NCBI RefSeq assembly: GCF_964204645.1
Contig: NC_134026.1
Span: forward strand, 20,866,150 to 20,930,149
DNA: 64,000 bases
DNA from: Tubulanus polymorphus
Taxonomy: Eukaryota; Animalia; Nemertea
Direction: 5' to 3'
Numbering within the stretch: the first letter of the stretch is position 1; each line of letters opens with the position of its first letter. The notes under the pieces were generated by a model that worked only from the letters and a program-made list of their open reading frames with translations, had not been told where the DNA came from and did not search any database. The position numbers were made by a program, and so were the translations under genes. Below are positions 1 through 13,329 of this stretch, piece by piece.

Positions 1-895
1 CGAATAAACTGTCTATCATCTAAAACTTAAAACATAATGTGTCTCTATAGGCAAATATTAAAGTTTAACATTGGTAAATTAACTTAGATCACATATTTAC
101 AAAAACTTCAGTCGAATTTCCATAAAGCAGCTACGCATCTTGTGATTATCACGAACAATATTGTGTAAAAACGGTTTGCGAAGAAAGGGTATGTATGTGC
201 ATTACAAATAAATTTCGTCCAAAAATGTTGCATATTGACGAGGTAAATTAGATTACCTTCGGACCTTAAACCAACGAACCGGTAACTGTTGGTTTCCATA
301 CTAGAGATTAATGACGTTTCGACCACTACCCTCCGAGTTTTTCTTCAATATCTTCATGTCGCAGATATAAAAGTTTATATAAATGTCCCACATTCTAAAA
401 CTTGCCACAAGGCACAGATGCACAGATATGAATCGTGAAACAATATGGAGTTATTCATACCCCCGTGAGACATGAAATCTTACGAATTCAAAAGAATTCG
501 TCATATTATGAGAAACAAGAATTGAACAAATATTTTTCTTGTATTGGAATATTTCTATTAGGCTGTACGCATTTCGTGTACGCAAATGAATTTCCGCGGT
601 AGTAAATAGCAGAGAGATTGGTTATTTAGAAGATCTTCCGATAACACATACCTAGGTAACGTCTGGCATGCTTGAAATGGTTGGCCATAAGTTCATTTGT
701 TAAGCACATAGCAAAATATATGATATACTCTGTTTAATATTATGTATAATATTCTTCAAAATAGACCAGGCAATCGGAAGCCCTGTAATTTCTTGAAGTC
801 CTTTTATGAATCCTTATTGGATAAAGACTTAAACAATAACTTGGAGGGAATCTGACTGACAGCGAGTAAAACAATCTCCAATTTCCCGCTTAGCA

Positions 896-3800
896 CTAAA
901 AATCGTCATCATCTTCACCGACAACATCATACATCGGTTTTTCCTTTTTATGTTTCCGCGATTTTGATTTCCTTGTCGGAGTAATGTCGCTATCATCGAA
1001 AGCTGGGTTCTGATATGCGATACCATCTACAAAAAATTTAAGAGGCTCAGCATTTTCTCCTTCAAAGTTTTGTTTTGTTAAACCCATTAAATGCGTAAAA
1101 GATACGTATTAAAACATTAAGTAAGTTTAAAAATGGAGATTTTAGCTTTTAAATAGATACATTCAAATGTGTGCAAATAAATGTAAATGGTGGATTTAGT
1201 TCCACGGTCATGGTTTTGTGGTTTTATAGATGAATAATCAGCAATTTGATGTTACTGTGCACATTCTCATTCAACCCAAAATCGAGGAACTGGGTCCTAA
1301 TCATCTTAACAAATGGATTCAGTATAATTACTTGAATCATCTGCTTTCGATTTCAAGTTAGTCTTAGTTCGTTCCATCTCAAGCTGCATAGCATCAGACA
1401 TCTTGCGTTTACTGGCAGAATCTGTGGATGTACGCGTAAATTTTAACGAAACATACATTTAAAAAAAAAGATAGCCATATTTACACCAAGAAAAATATTC
1501 AAGGAAACTACAGAATATTCATACTCATTGTCTCCAATCATATTTAGCAGAAAGATATCTACTAACTCTGACTTCTTAAGTATCGGAGCCAGTATAATTC
1601 AACCGATTCAAAACACCAGGAAATTTATGCCCAGACATATACATCTGCACTAGATGCACTTAACTTGAGAGAACTGAGTGCGCATTTAGTGAATTATATT
1701 AGAAGCCTAAAACATTTGTTAAAAGAAATGGATTAATTTAGTTTACTGGTACATGAGTGCGCAGAAAATATGTGAACTATGAGTGAAACTTTGTACAATT
1801 GCGGTTAACAAATGATTCATAATTTGTCTGTTTACGATACAGCTGAAGTAAGTCATTTGATCAGAGTGAGATATCATCTAAACCCAAAGGATACATCTAC
1901 GCAAGAGTTTTGATTGAGTCATCCATCCACACCGAGTCTAGACTTGCATTACTTAAACTCGACGTTGAGGAGTCTGTTGAACTGACATCACTTATACTAA
2001 GAATACAGCTCATTTTAAACTAGAGATTAGCTATTCTTTAGGTTATTCTCCGCACAAAAACCAAAATTTTCAGAAAAGAAACTTGCAAATCAAATTTCTA
2101 TATACAATACCTTTTTCAATGCCATCCACCACTTTCATTGCATCAGGTTTGGACATTTTACCAGTGGCCATTAATTGTTTCAAAAACGTTTTTCTTTGAT
2201 TCTGCAAATATGTATTTGAGAGAATAGTTAGCTATTTTTGTATTGAAGACTTAGATCACTATGCAACAACTATACCGCCATCTATACCAATATCCTCCAA
2301 TAAACCAACTTACTTCCAATTCGGCTGCTAAATCATTTTCCATGGATTTATTGAAAGCGTCCATTTGTTTTTGTAGTTCGATTTGCATTTCATGTTCGAG
2401 ATCCTCGCGAGCTTTCCGATGTTTCGTTTCTAACATCGCTTGCATCAAGATGGCCGAAGCATTTCTATAAAAAAAGGAAATAAACTATTCGTGTATGCAC
2501 AAGCACATCACTTGCCAGTTTAATAGAATAGTTAATAACGAATTATGCTCTTCTTGAAAATATGAAGTAACCAATACCAACTAAACCAGAGATTTGACTT
2601 TTAACTCATTAGAAACTTGACCCAGGTATGATGTCTTATCTGGAGACTGAAAATGCAAGTCAGGTATCTGATCCAAAGTTTGAAGATTCTGTTGGATCAA
2701 AGTCAGTGAAATTGCCCTGTGCTATAGTAGCCTAATTGAATGAATTGAACCTTACCCGGCTCCACGTTTCTGAGCATCGTCCATTTCTTTGTAAGCCTCC
2801 TCTTGCAATTTCTCATCGATTTCTCTGAATACAAAAATTACAAAAAAAAGATGTTTAACTAACTGAACGCCTTTCATGAATATTCAGTATGAATTAAGAA
2901 TTTAAGAATTTTACGGAATAGTAGATCTTTTACTATACAGATTGGAATCATTGAAAACCAATGATTAAGGTAGAGTTAACAAGAACAAGGTCTACACTAG
3001 TTCACTTGAACGTTTTAGTCAGAAACAAATGAAATCTCTAAATATCCATCCACTCATGGCTCCGAATGCAATGATATGGATATTTTTGGATCCCCCACCT
3101 CTTTAGAGGATACATGCAAGAAAAGGTGATCATTTTGAAGACAATCAAAATCGACCATAATGAATAAGTAGTATTAGTAATTTTATCGTTAAGATTCTCT
3201 TTTCTACATCAAAAATAAAGCGTTTTGTAAATTGTTTTCAAAGAAATATCGAACACCAACCTTTCTTTCACCATTCTCTTTTGTTCGAGTTTCTCTCGCA
3301 AAATTTGCTCTTGACGTTCGCGGCTAGCTTGAATTTTATCGCTCAGATGGCTGACGTCATTATAATGTTGCTGTATTATCTGATCGCTTATATTCAATGT
3401 TGACGGCTGATTAGCGATCTGATCCTGAAGTTTTTTCAACGTGTTATCTTGTTTAGCAATAACGGCTTGTCTTCTAGCTTGGCCCAACTACGATAGAATA
3501 GAAATTGAAAGTATGCATGAAATATGTTTTCTGTTGTTCTGCCTTACAGTGATTCCTAAGCTGAATTGTTGAACAGGGGTATGTTAGGTTCAGGCCTACC
3601 TAATGAATAAAGATAATGCATGAAGCAAATTTTAAAAAATTCTTAAAGAATACATCACCTGCAATCGACCGATCAACAAGCCTAGCTGTTTCTCCTGTTC
3701 TTTCAGGGCATCGTCCGTTTCTTGTTTCAGTCTCAATCGTAATTCAGCAATTGCCTGGAGACGTTCTGCCTCCAGTATTTCCTCTTCAGCTTTGATTTTA

Positions 3801-6800
3801 TTCGACTTTTTTTAAAGTAAATGAAAATAAAAATGTCAATGTACCACTACCACTTCAGCATCCAGTTCCACTGTTGTGAGTTAAGAGTTAACTTTAGAGT
3901 TACAATTACCCTGGTAGTTCATTTCCAATGTTTTAACGCAAATCTTCAATCTTCAAATCTTAACTCAGAAATGTGAAACTGGATTCCAGAACTTCAGAAC
4001 AGTTTCCAGATAAGGATGATAGATATATAGTCAAATTCAGTTGTAAGTAATCATTGGAAAAAGTTGATACATTACATCAGTCGTTTCTCGATGAAATACT
4101 ATGATGAAATAAGGGAATCTGATTGTATTTTGAACAGGATTTCTAGCAGCAAGAAGTGGCACCAAAATCTTATTGCCATCTCTGAATTCAAGAAATCTAA
4201 CCCTCCACTCACCAAATCCGCTTCTACTTTAGCTCTTTCTTTCTCATTAGAAAAACGCTGAACCATTTTCGCATCATCCTGTTGCTTCTTAAGATTAGCA
4301 AGGTTCTGCTTCCTTTGATTCAATTTCATTTCAAGCCTGATGAAAAATACAATTCATCAAACAATTAAAAGAATGTCAGTAGTCAATTACAAGATACCTG
4401 TAAGAAGCAAATAATTGATCAAAGATCTGCTAAAACATTTCAAGGGTAGTGTACTGAAATCAACCTTGGAGCTAAGAATCTTGAGCATTAAGAAAAGTTT
4501 TTCTAAATTTAATTTCAATCATGCGGCATTATTTGAGGCTATCAAACTTTCCGCAGATGGTGATGGTACTTACTGTTTCTGTTGCTTTAATTTACTGATT
4601 GACAGTTGATTTGTCAACGTCTGCATATTCTGATCATGTTCAAGTAAAATTCGTTGCTTTGCACTGAAATTAAATGAGGTTTAATGTATAACCAATTCCT
4701 TTCATATGAATAAACATATGGAATCCTGTAAAAGTAACGTTGCTCACTCTTCATCCATTCCCATCTGAATATCCAGTACTTTTAGAACGGCATTTTTCTG
4801 TTGGTCTTTGATCATCTGTTGTTCTTTTTGAGCACGAAGACTTTCTTCTTCTAATCTCTGTTCAGGTGAGCGAAAATTCATCGAGAAACATATAAATCAA
4901 TGTACAGCAAACATGATCAGTTTTTAAAAGTTGGTTAATCTAATTCAGGCATCTTCAGTCCAATTAACATTCAAATTTTTAGTTTTTGGAAAATGTTTCA
5001 AACTCACTTTCTTTCTCTCAGCAAGTCTCTCTGCCATTTTTCTTTGCATGCGTTTTTTCTCTGACTTTTGTAAACCTGAAGTATGAAAAATCTCGATATA
5101 ATAAGGCCTTCAAGTAACATAAAGCAGTTCCTGACCTACAGTTTCTTAAGATAATTAAGCCCAAAATCAATTCAACAAACATAAACTGAATTATTGTGAA
5201 GAAAATGAATCGATCAAGTTAAGCTTTATGTAAAAGTGAAGATTTTTTCAACGGCTTAAAGCAAGAAATCCTGAAATCATCACTAAAAGAATCTGGCCAT
5301 TATATCAATTCACCATATTATTAACAAAAATAGCAGCTAAACAACTGTACAACCACACACCGAAAATGTTTGTTTTAAAGCAACCAGCCAAAAGGACTTA
5401 TCTCAGCTTTTTAAAAAAGCTTCTTAGAAAAATTTTTGTAAAATTGAAATGATTTGACACGTTGATTGATTAACGAATCAGTTCTTTGGTATTTTCATTT
5501 AAGTCCACAATGTTCTAATGTGGTTCTCCTACTATTCTCACAAGAGTATCCAAAACGTTAATTGGCATGAACATACGTTCGAATTCCTGAACCTCTTGCT
5601 GATGCAATAACAACAGTCGTTCGGCTTCTTGTCGTGATAGTTGACCGAGCACCTCGATGTCATTGATGAAATCTTTATTCTCCTTGTCTATTAGTTCTTT
5701 CCGTTCTCCCTTGTTTTCCTATTGAGAATACAAGTGAAATTTCATACGAACACAGATAACTGGGATAAATTCGCAATAAAACCACACATTGAAGTGAAAA
5801 AGTCAAAGTATGAACTTACAGTTCTGAGTAAAGCGAGTTGCTGCAATTCAGTCTGGTCCAAGTCTGTTATTGTATCTTCTCTTTCTTGCCGTTGTTGTTC
5901 CTTCAGCGCATGGAATTCCTTGAATGAAGAAGAGGGAACTTGTGAGAAGTTTAATTTTTAATACAATTGTGCCTTCATTATTAGATAACAAACACATTAA
6001 ACATAAATGGTTTGCTTAGATACATAAAGTACATTATTTGCAATACCTTGTGAGAAGTAACTCATTGCTGTGGAAGTTGATGTTATATAAGTAATTCGTA
6101 AAATTTCTAGTCATTCTTAAAATCTTTGATTTACTGAAATCTGAATTAGCCTTACCGGTACAGGATTGACCTAGTACAAGGCTTGATACTCTAAACTGAA
6201 ACATACTTGTATAAATTCAGCTGTATTCGCGAATTTTTCACTTTTGTTACAAACGTCGATCACTTCATTTCTCTGTTTTTCATCCAATTGTTTCATTCTT
6301 CGTTCACGAGCCACAGCGAGTTTTTCTTGCAGACTCTGTTCTGCCCTCAGATGGCCTACAAAACCACATGAATGATGAGGGAGAGCAACATATAGATACT
6401 TCATAGAATTATACTAGAACTAGGGATCCCGCCCACTTGGGAAGTTGCCTGAAATGCTCAACATTAACAATCCGACAATTTCAATATTCAAAGCCCTACA
6501 GAAACCAAGGACCTTGAAACTTGCATTTTTCGATATTCAACCCCCACACATCCCCCCCTCCCGGTGGTAAACACAATTTATATGGGTTATCCCAGTCTAT
6601 GGACAATAAGTTCAACATTGAGGTTCACACTATAGAATAGCAAGGACGAAAATCTATACTTCAGTGAACTTTGCTTTGAATAATTTGCCACACTCATGAG
6701 GGTCTACTCATTATACATATCCCACTGAATTTACATTGGAGTTATTTTTTAGTTCAATAAAGATGTTTTCTTACCAAGGATTAGTTTTTCTTCAGCCTGT

Positions 6801-9800
6801 TGAAGATTACTATCATATTCAGCTAATAATTGAGCCTTTTGTCGCTCCAATAATTTCCCATCCGTAATGAGTTTGTCCAGATTGGTTTCATGGGCATCGC
6901 GATTTGCCACATTTTCATCTTGTTGTTCTTTTTGCTGCATCAGTTTTAGCTGTGCGAGTTGTTTACGCCTGAGAATTCTCTCTTCTAGTGTCTAGAATGT
7001 ATCAAACAAATTGGTATAATTTGGAAGCAAATGCAAAATACGCAGGTAGATATCCTGAGGCATACACTACCAGTCAAGATATTGTTACAAATCCAGATTT
7101 TTGGAACCAGTCTTCAATATTTTTCAAATTTATTACTGTGAAATCGATTGTACTTACCACTGCCTGTGTATTCATTTGCGCTGTAAATTTGCGCTCTGAC
7201 GCCGCCATCGAAGCAGTCAACTGCGCCATCATTCTATCAATCTCCGCTTCTGATAATCCAGATGATTTCAGCATATCGACACGAACTTTCTCCTGTTGAT
7301 CTTTAAGTTTTGCATTCTTACAAAAAAGGATGAAATAAACAATAGATTCGTTGAAACATCGCCAGAAATATCTCAAACAAAATGGAAAAATAATGATGAT
7401 AAAATCGAAAAATGCTTACAAATTTTTGGGCGTATTTCGCTGGTAAGGCTTCAATTGTTTTTTCAAGGGCAGCTGGATTTTTCATTAGGTCTTTGTCAGC
7501 TCTCAATATCTGAACATTTAAATATGAATCTTTCACATTAACAAGAAGGTAAACCACACTTATGAGTTAAAAATGTGAAGCCTGTTTCATCTTAGTCCAG
7601 ATATATGGAACTACTAGCTGCCGAATTTGAATGATTCAAACAACTTATCATATTGTTTAGGAAAATAGTGTTATTCAAATTTTTTACCGTTTCTTCTAGT
7701 TCTTGCTCTGCCTTCAGTTCCCCGAGTAGAGCAATAATCGCGTCGCGGACTTCTTTCGAAAATGCGTGATAGAATTCCGGTGATATCTGTCCATCTTTGA
7801 ATAAAATGCCCAGAAGCATTTTGATCAACTGATTGAATGTCTGGAAAATAAAGGAAATATATATCAATGCAAAATCAAGAGGAAAATATTTCCATCATTT
7901 AATTATTTGCTCCTCTTATTTCTGTTATGATGGTGGTACTCAGGAGAACAAAATGAAAAGAATGCTTTGATCAATTTCTCGAGGTTTGGTATGTATCCCA
8001 CTAGAGCCTATAATCACAAGAAAACTTTGGTCAGTCGGAAATCAAGATGGCTGTCTTTTTGTTCTAAAAGAATCATAAGGTAAATGGAAAATTCATTTGC
8101 CTTTTTATAATACTAGTAGGCCTACATGTGCATCGTGTATTGCATTTTAAATTTTTCAATGGAAATTTTTCAATGATTTTAGTAGTTCACACAATGTTCA
8201 TGAATATTTGATTGTAGGGCTAGAGTATTCATATTTTTCGTTTAAGAAGCACTGGTTTGAAACACTTGTGGGATAGAACAGATGAAAATATATTCAAAAT
8301 TTTTGAGAATTCATCCTTTTCCAAGGGAAAACTGGCTAGAAATCTTAACCCTTTTTTGGTTTCTTCCTAGCAAAAGCAACGTAGCCAAGATTTATAAAAG
8401 AAAAATCAATGAATATTTCACTTTTATTTCTTCATATTTTCACTCGACAAAAAGATGAACTACATTTGGACAAAAAACTGGCGTCATAGATTAGCCAACC
8501 TTTCATACATGGTGATATGTAGATGACTTAATCAAACTTACTGTTTATGTATATATTAAAACATTCAAAACAAAATTCGTTATGGATTAGAAATTAAGAT
8601 TTAAAACGTTTGGCCTTATACTAAAGTAACAAGTTCCAGTGTCATTTTATGAAGTACATTCTAGTTTCATTCAACACCGGAAGTTATCAAATAACATACT
8701 ATGCTGTGTTGATCAGTTGCTATAGCAAAATCACTCCCCTGATTATAAAATGATTATCCCACAGGTACTGCAATAATAACATAAATCTTTCATGGCGAAC
8801 ATCAACTTTACACGAGATATAGCAATACGATTGATTTATCAATACGCATCTACCTATATATGAATACACTTCACGGGCAAGATAGGGATCGATTGATGTA
8901 CTTTCTTTATTAATCGGGATAGTTGGTGATCAATATATCCGGGGAGGTCTATCAGAGGTGAACGCTTACACGTATACGGCAGTAATTCATCAGGATATAT
9001 AAAATAAATCTATAATAAACTTATAAAACAGGTGCTCCTGTCCTACTTATACGCTCAAGATCTAAAAGTGCAAATGAGAAACGTCATCCGGGTAGATTAG
9101 TGGTATTTCCACGAAAGCGTCTATATCCTTCGAGACAAAGATCAAAATATTTACATAATATGTCTAATCTTCCATTGATATCGCTGGACAATGTTTTGTA
9201 CAGTCAATTTTGGGGGGATAGAAATGGGATACTCAAGTACCGAGTAGAATGATTAGATTTTTCTTTTCTTTTTTGCGCAGCGTCAACTTTATGTCGGAAT
9301 TCACACTGATTTTGTATTTTTTCTATTCAAAAACAGAAAGAAAAATCTGAATACAGACAATTAGTATAGCTTTTTATATCATTGAATTGCTACACACCGG
9401 GGTTGGCACTGCGCAAATACTAAGTCAACACTTCATTTATTTCAACTGATATAAACAGTGTAGATTGTATTTTTTTCATATCAGCAAAGTGAACCGGTTT
9501 TCCAGTTTATGATATAAGGCATAAAATATTTCCATGGAGGGCACAGTACATGTAATTACAGTGCATTTAATAACTGTTTAACAACATGTGAGTCAACACG
9601 GAATAACTACATGTACACATGTGAGCAATAGATAGTGAACCAAACCATCTTAATTTCTATGAAATCAGGCCCACAGGAACTGGTTTATAAAAAATCTAGT
9701 ATGAATAGAGAATATTAGTTTATGAAACTGGTATTCATAGAAATCTTTGAATTGAATGAAAAAGATGATAAACCAGTATCAGAACATTTACTGTTAACTG

Positions 9801-11806
9801 TTGTTTTTTCAACATGAAATAAGAAAACAAATGCATGCATCTGGAATACGTATAGATTTGTTAATGCTATTAACATTAACAGAAAAAGAAACAATTCTTA
9901 CTATAATCCGATCATCGCGTAGCTCCCTTTCAAGCATCCAAACAGAATCCAAATCTTGACTAGTCAATTCTAAATTCATAGCATCGCTGAAAGTTTCAAA
10001 GAACATTTTTGAATAATGCTATCAGAAATATGCTGAAACTTGAAAGCTCTATTCTAGAAAAATCCTCATTCGAAATGTGTACCAATAGCAGCAAATCGAA
10101 AAAGAATTTAAGTGTAACAAACTCGTCACGGGTTAGATACTTCTAGACTTTAAGACAGAGTTTTCCAAAAGAAATTTTCTAATTTTATACCACACCCGAT
10201 AAACCACCACACCTAGGAAATAACCACGGATGGATTTAGGGGGTGGACTGGTCAATAGGCCTTAAGAAAAAACTGAAAACTTTTAGAACATTGAATGATT
10301 CATTCAAAACTCTGATTTTTCAAATTCTCAACTTAAAACCATTTTCAATTCATTGTGAGTTTGACACTTAGCGAATTCCTACCTCTTAACAGTTTTATCC
10401 TTAAACATAAAATCAAGCCATCTACCGGTACTTACCCATTCGGTTGAAGCAGTGCATCGGCAAGTCCTCTTCTGCCCGGACGGTTGGCCGCGGTTTCATC
10501 GAGCGAATCGTCCTGATTTTCCAACGCGTCTATCATCAACGCTGCATCGCTAGTCTCCGGTTCACCATCGGGCTTTCTGTCGCCTCTTAGCAGTTTCGAC
10601 TTCTTTCGAGAAAGTCGCTTTCTCGGAACTCCATCCTGTGTGTAATAAGGGATGAAACAATGGACTCAACTAAACTGGGAGTATCTTACATTTAGGAGAT
10701 TGTGACAATCCAACCATAACAAAAAACTCATCTAAAATTATATCATATTTGGGATGCATCCTTCTGAAGTGGATCAACCAGCACTGGTTTATGAGGAGTT
10801 TGGATTAAAAATCCGATTTTAGCATACCAGTACATTTAAAGCTGCAAGTGAACATCGAAAAATATCCAAATTGGCTAAAAGTCCAGATTAAACTGTTTCA
10901 GATTGCAGAAAGGAGGTTCTATATTCATGTGGGCCAATTTCAAAGTTGTGAGATCTAACTTGGCGTTCTCATTGAAAATAAACTAATTTTAACTCTTGAG
11001 TTAACTTTTAAGTCACAACTGTGGAATTGAGTGTTATCATTAACATGAATTATCAAAAACATTCTTTCTCAGGTTTCTAAGAAAACCAGTTTTGCTCGGA
11101 GATATCAGGATTCAAAACCAGATTTATTTAACTCAAATATATTCAATACGCATACCATATCAACATTTGCCAATAGGAGTTTGCTTGATGCGCTGGAGCT
11201 TTGCCGGCCAAGTTTGTTCTTTTCGTTTTGGCCCTGCTTTTCCTTTGCTTCTACTTCTGCTTGACACTCTCCCGTACACAAGCCTGCACATGTACACGGC
11301 TTCTTCGCTTCTGCTTTTTCTGCATCTTTTTGCCTCTAAACGATGTGAAAATCACAAAAGTAACAATTTTGCAACTTTGATGGGCTGCATGTCAGGCTGC
11401 ATTTTTATATACTTTTTAATCAACATTTCAGCCATTAGTTGGAGGGAGTCAGTGACCAGTAGTGTGCTAGGGATATCAGGAATACATTGAAAGGACTGTA
11501 TTAGGCCTACACTACACGTTCTTCTTTGGACCAGCTAAAAACTAGACGAAAAAGAAAGATAGGGACCCTCACAGAAGACTAATACCAGCGACTATACAAA
11601 TGATGACAGACAAGGTTTCTAAATCCTTAACCTACCTTCCTCTTTGCCAAGCTGTCAAATAAACATTTGGCGCAAAAAATGGCAGAAATCACACCAACAA
11701 CAATACCAATAGCGGCCGCAATTCCTATCCACATTGGATCAGCATTCTCCCAAATACTTTTCTCCACGGGTATAGCGATAATATTTGGACAAGTTTGAGC
11801 TGCCAT
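896..11806 (-). CDS. EVC: Ellis-van Creveld syndrome protein (EVC)-like, about 22 coding exons; N-terminal TM anchor followed by long coiled coil
   Basis: First coding exon 11636-11806 reads MAAQTCPNIIAIPVEKSIWENADPMWIGIAAAIGIVVGVISAIFCAKCLFDSLAKRK (single TM near the N-terminus). GT-AG exons follow near 11156-11335, 10436-10635, 9902-9986, 7687-7840, 7419-7510, 7157-7320, 6775-6990, 3260-3487, 2314-2465, 1332-1421 and others, encoding E/Q/K/L-rich coiled coil. Last exon ends ...YDVVGEDDDDF* (TAG 896-898). It lies head-to-head with an EVC2-like gene, as EVC does in vertebrates. Confidence 0.8.
3862..3983. mobile_element. Hairpin MITE (related copy at about 10930-11030)
   Basis: tccagttccactgttgtgagttaaga ... 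tcttaactcagaaatgtgaaactgga. Confidence 0.55.
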
Positions 11807-12528
11807 GATGATTACTGACTAAAATATTGCAGATGGTTGATGATGATTTTTCACTAACTTTCCTTTTTATCCTGACTAAACAAGTTGGATTTCAAATGAA
11901 TTACAGAATTTTGTGGATTATCCGGCATCCCAATTCTATTTCTGTTGCATTGATTCGATAGTCCGAATCATATATTCTAAAAGAAAAGCAAAAATACTCC
12001 AAAATTTAAACTAGCTACTACTAGCGAAAAGATTACTTCCGCATGTTTCCACCTGTCAAAACTAGCCATGTGCTCAATATTTACATGTGTTGCTAAGAAA
12101 CAAACTGTTTTTAAATCCCCTTCCATCACCAGGCGCTGCCGTAGATCTCGAAACAGCTGGCTGGCCAATCAAGTTGTTTAAAGACACAAATCTCTTACTG
12201 AAACAAACTAACAATTGCAAAGGTATAACTACCTGTAAAAGTAATTTTGTTGAAAACTATCAGCTGGATGAATAATATTCAGTTTTTTTGATAATGCTAT
12301 TTAGCTTTCAGTTCAAATATAAACATAGAAACTTGCTAAAAAATCATTCCACATTTCATATTTTGATTTTTATATAACGCACTAATCTATTTGAGTGAAA
12401 CGAACTAGTAATTTTCGAAATAATTAATGATTTGAATATACTTGATGTATAAATGAGGCAAAATGAACAATAATATTTGAGTTTCACTTCATTTTAATTC
12501 AATCTACGGGTTTACAAGATTTCTTAAC

Positions 12529-12651
12529 CTGATATTTCTTGAGCACTGTTTCGTGTAAATGTTTGAGCGTTTTGTTTACGTCAGTCGTCGTGAACGTGAC
12601 GACGATGGATTGAATTTATAGAGAAGAAGATTTAGTGATTAAAGTCTTAAA
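12529..12651. promoter_or_regulatory. Putative compact bidirectional promoter and non-coding first exons of EVC and EVC2
   Basis: Minus-strand donor ag|gttaag at 12528 and plus-strand donor aa|gtaagt at 12652. Both first coding exons are preceded by acceptors (exon starts 11818 minus, 13314 plus). Between the donors is a CpG-rich core with CRE-like TTACGTCA (12576-12583) and inverted repeat GTCGTC-n8-GACGAC (12584-12603). Confidence 0.5.
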
Positions 12652-12995
12652 GTAAGTTACCGGTGAAAATTGACTGGTGTCACTTGTATAAGGACTCAAT
12701 TCTACTTTTACTTTTGAATCAAAGTGTTATTTTCTCATTTTTAAACCCGAACCGAATGGCTTCACTTTGTAAAACGTCAATCTAATCTTATTCTCTCCAG
12801 CCAGCAGCAAGCCTAAAACTAAACAAATTCAAATGTAATCAACTTTATTCCACACAGTCACAGGTTGAATACCTCAAACCCCAATAATGGGTGAATAGAT
12901 ATTATTCTAGACTTATAGGTTGTTATTTCAAAACAGACTTCACCATAATATTCCTCATGAGTAAGATACAGGTGACATTAGCCGGTCATACTAAA

Positions 12996-13080
12996 CACTG
13001 TCAGGAGCCTTCAGGAACCGTCAGACACCATCAGGAGCCGTCAGACACCGTCAGGAAGACCGTCAGACACCGTCATGAAG
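12996..13080. repeat. Minisatellite, about 11-12 bp unit (ccgtcag(g)a..) x7-8
   Basis: ctgtcaggagccttcaggaaccgtcagacaccatcaggagccgtcagacaccgtcaggaagaccgtcagacaccgtcatg. Confidence 0.8.
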
Positions 13081-13329
13081 AGTGAATCTTGAAGGCAGAA
13101 AAGGAAAGCAAATTTGAAACGACTCTTGAAAATACTAAAATGTTGTTTATTCACAATTTGAGAAATCAACTCAAGCTTATACATTAAGAGTACGCCGAAA
13201 TTAAAATAAAGGCAAAATTTTGATTGAGTTTATTGATACACGCATATGCCAATGCCATGTAGCCGGTGTCATTAAACCCTTTGTGGTAATATTTTTACTC
13301 ATTCAGTTTTCAGGCTGCCGACGGGCGAA

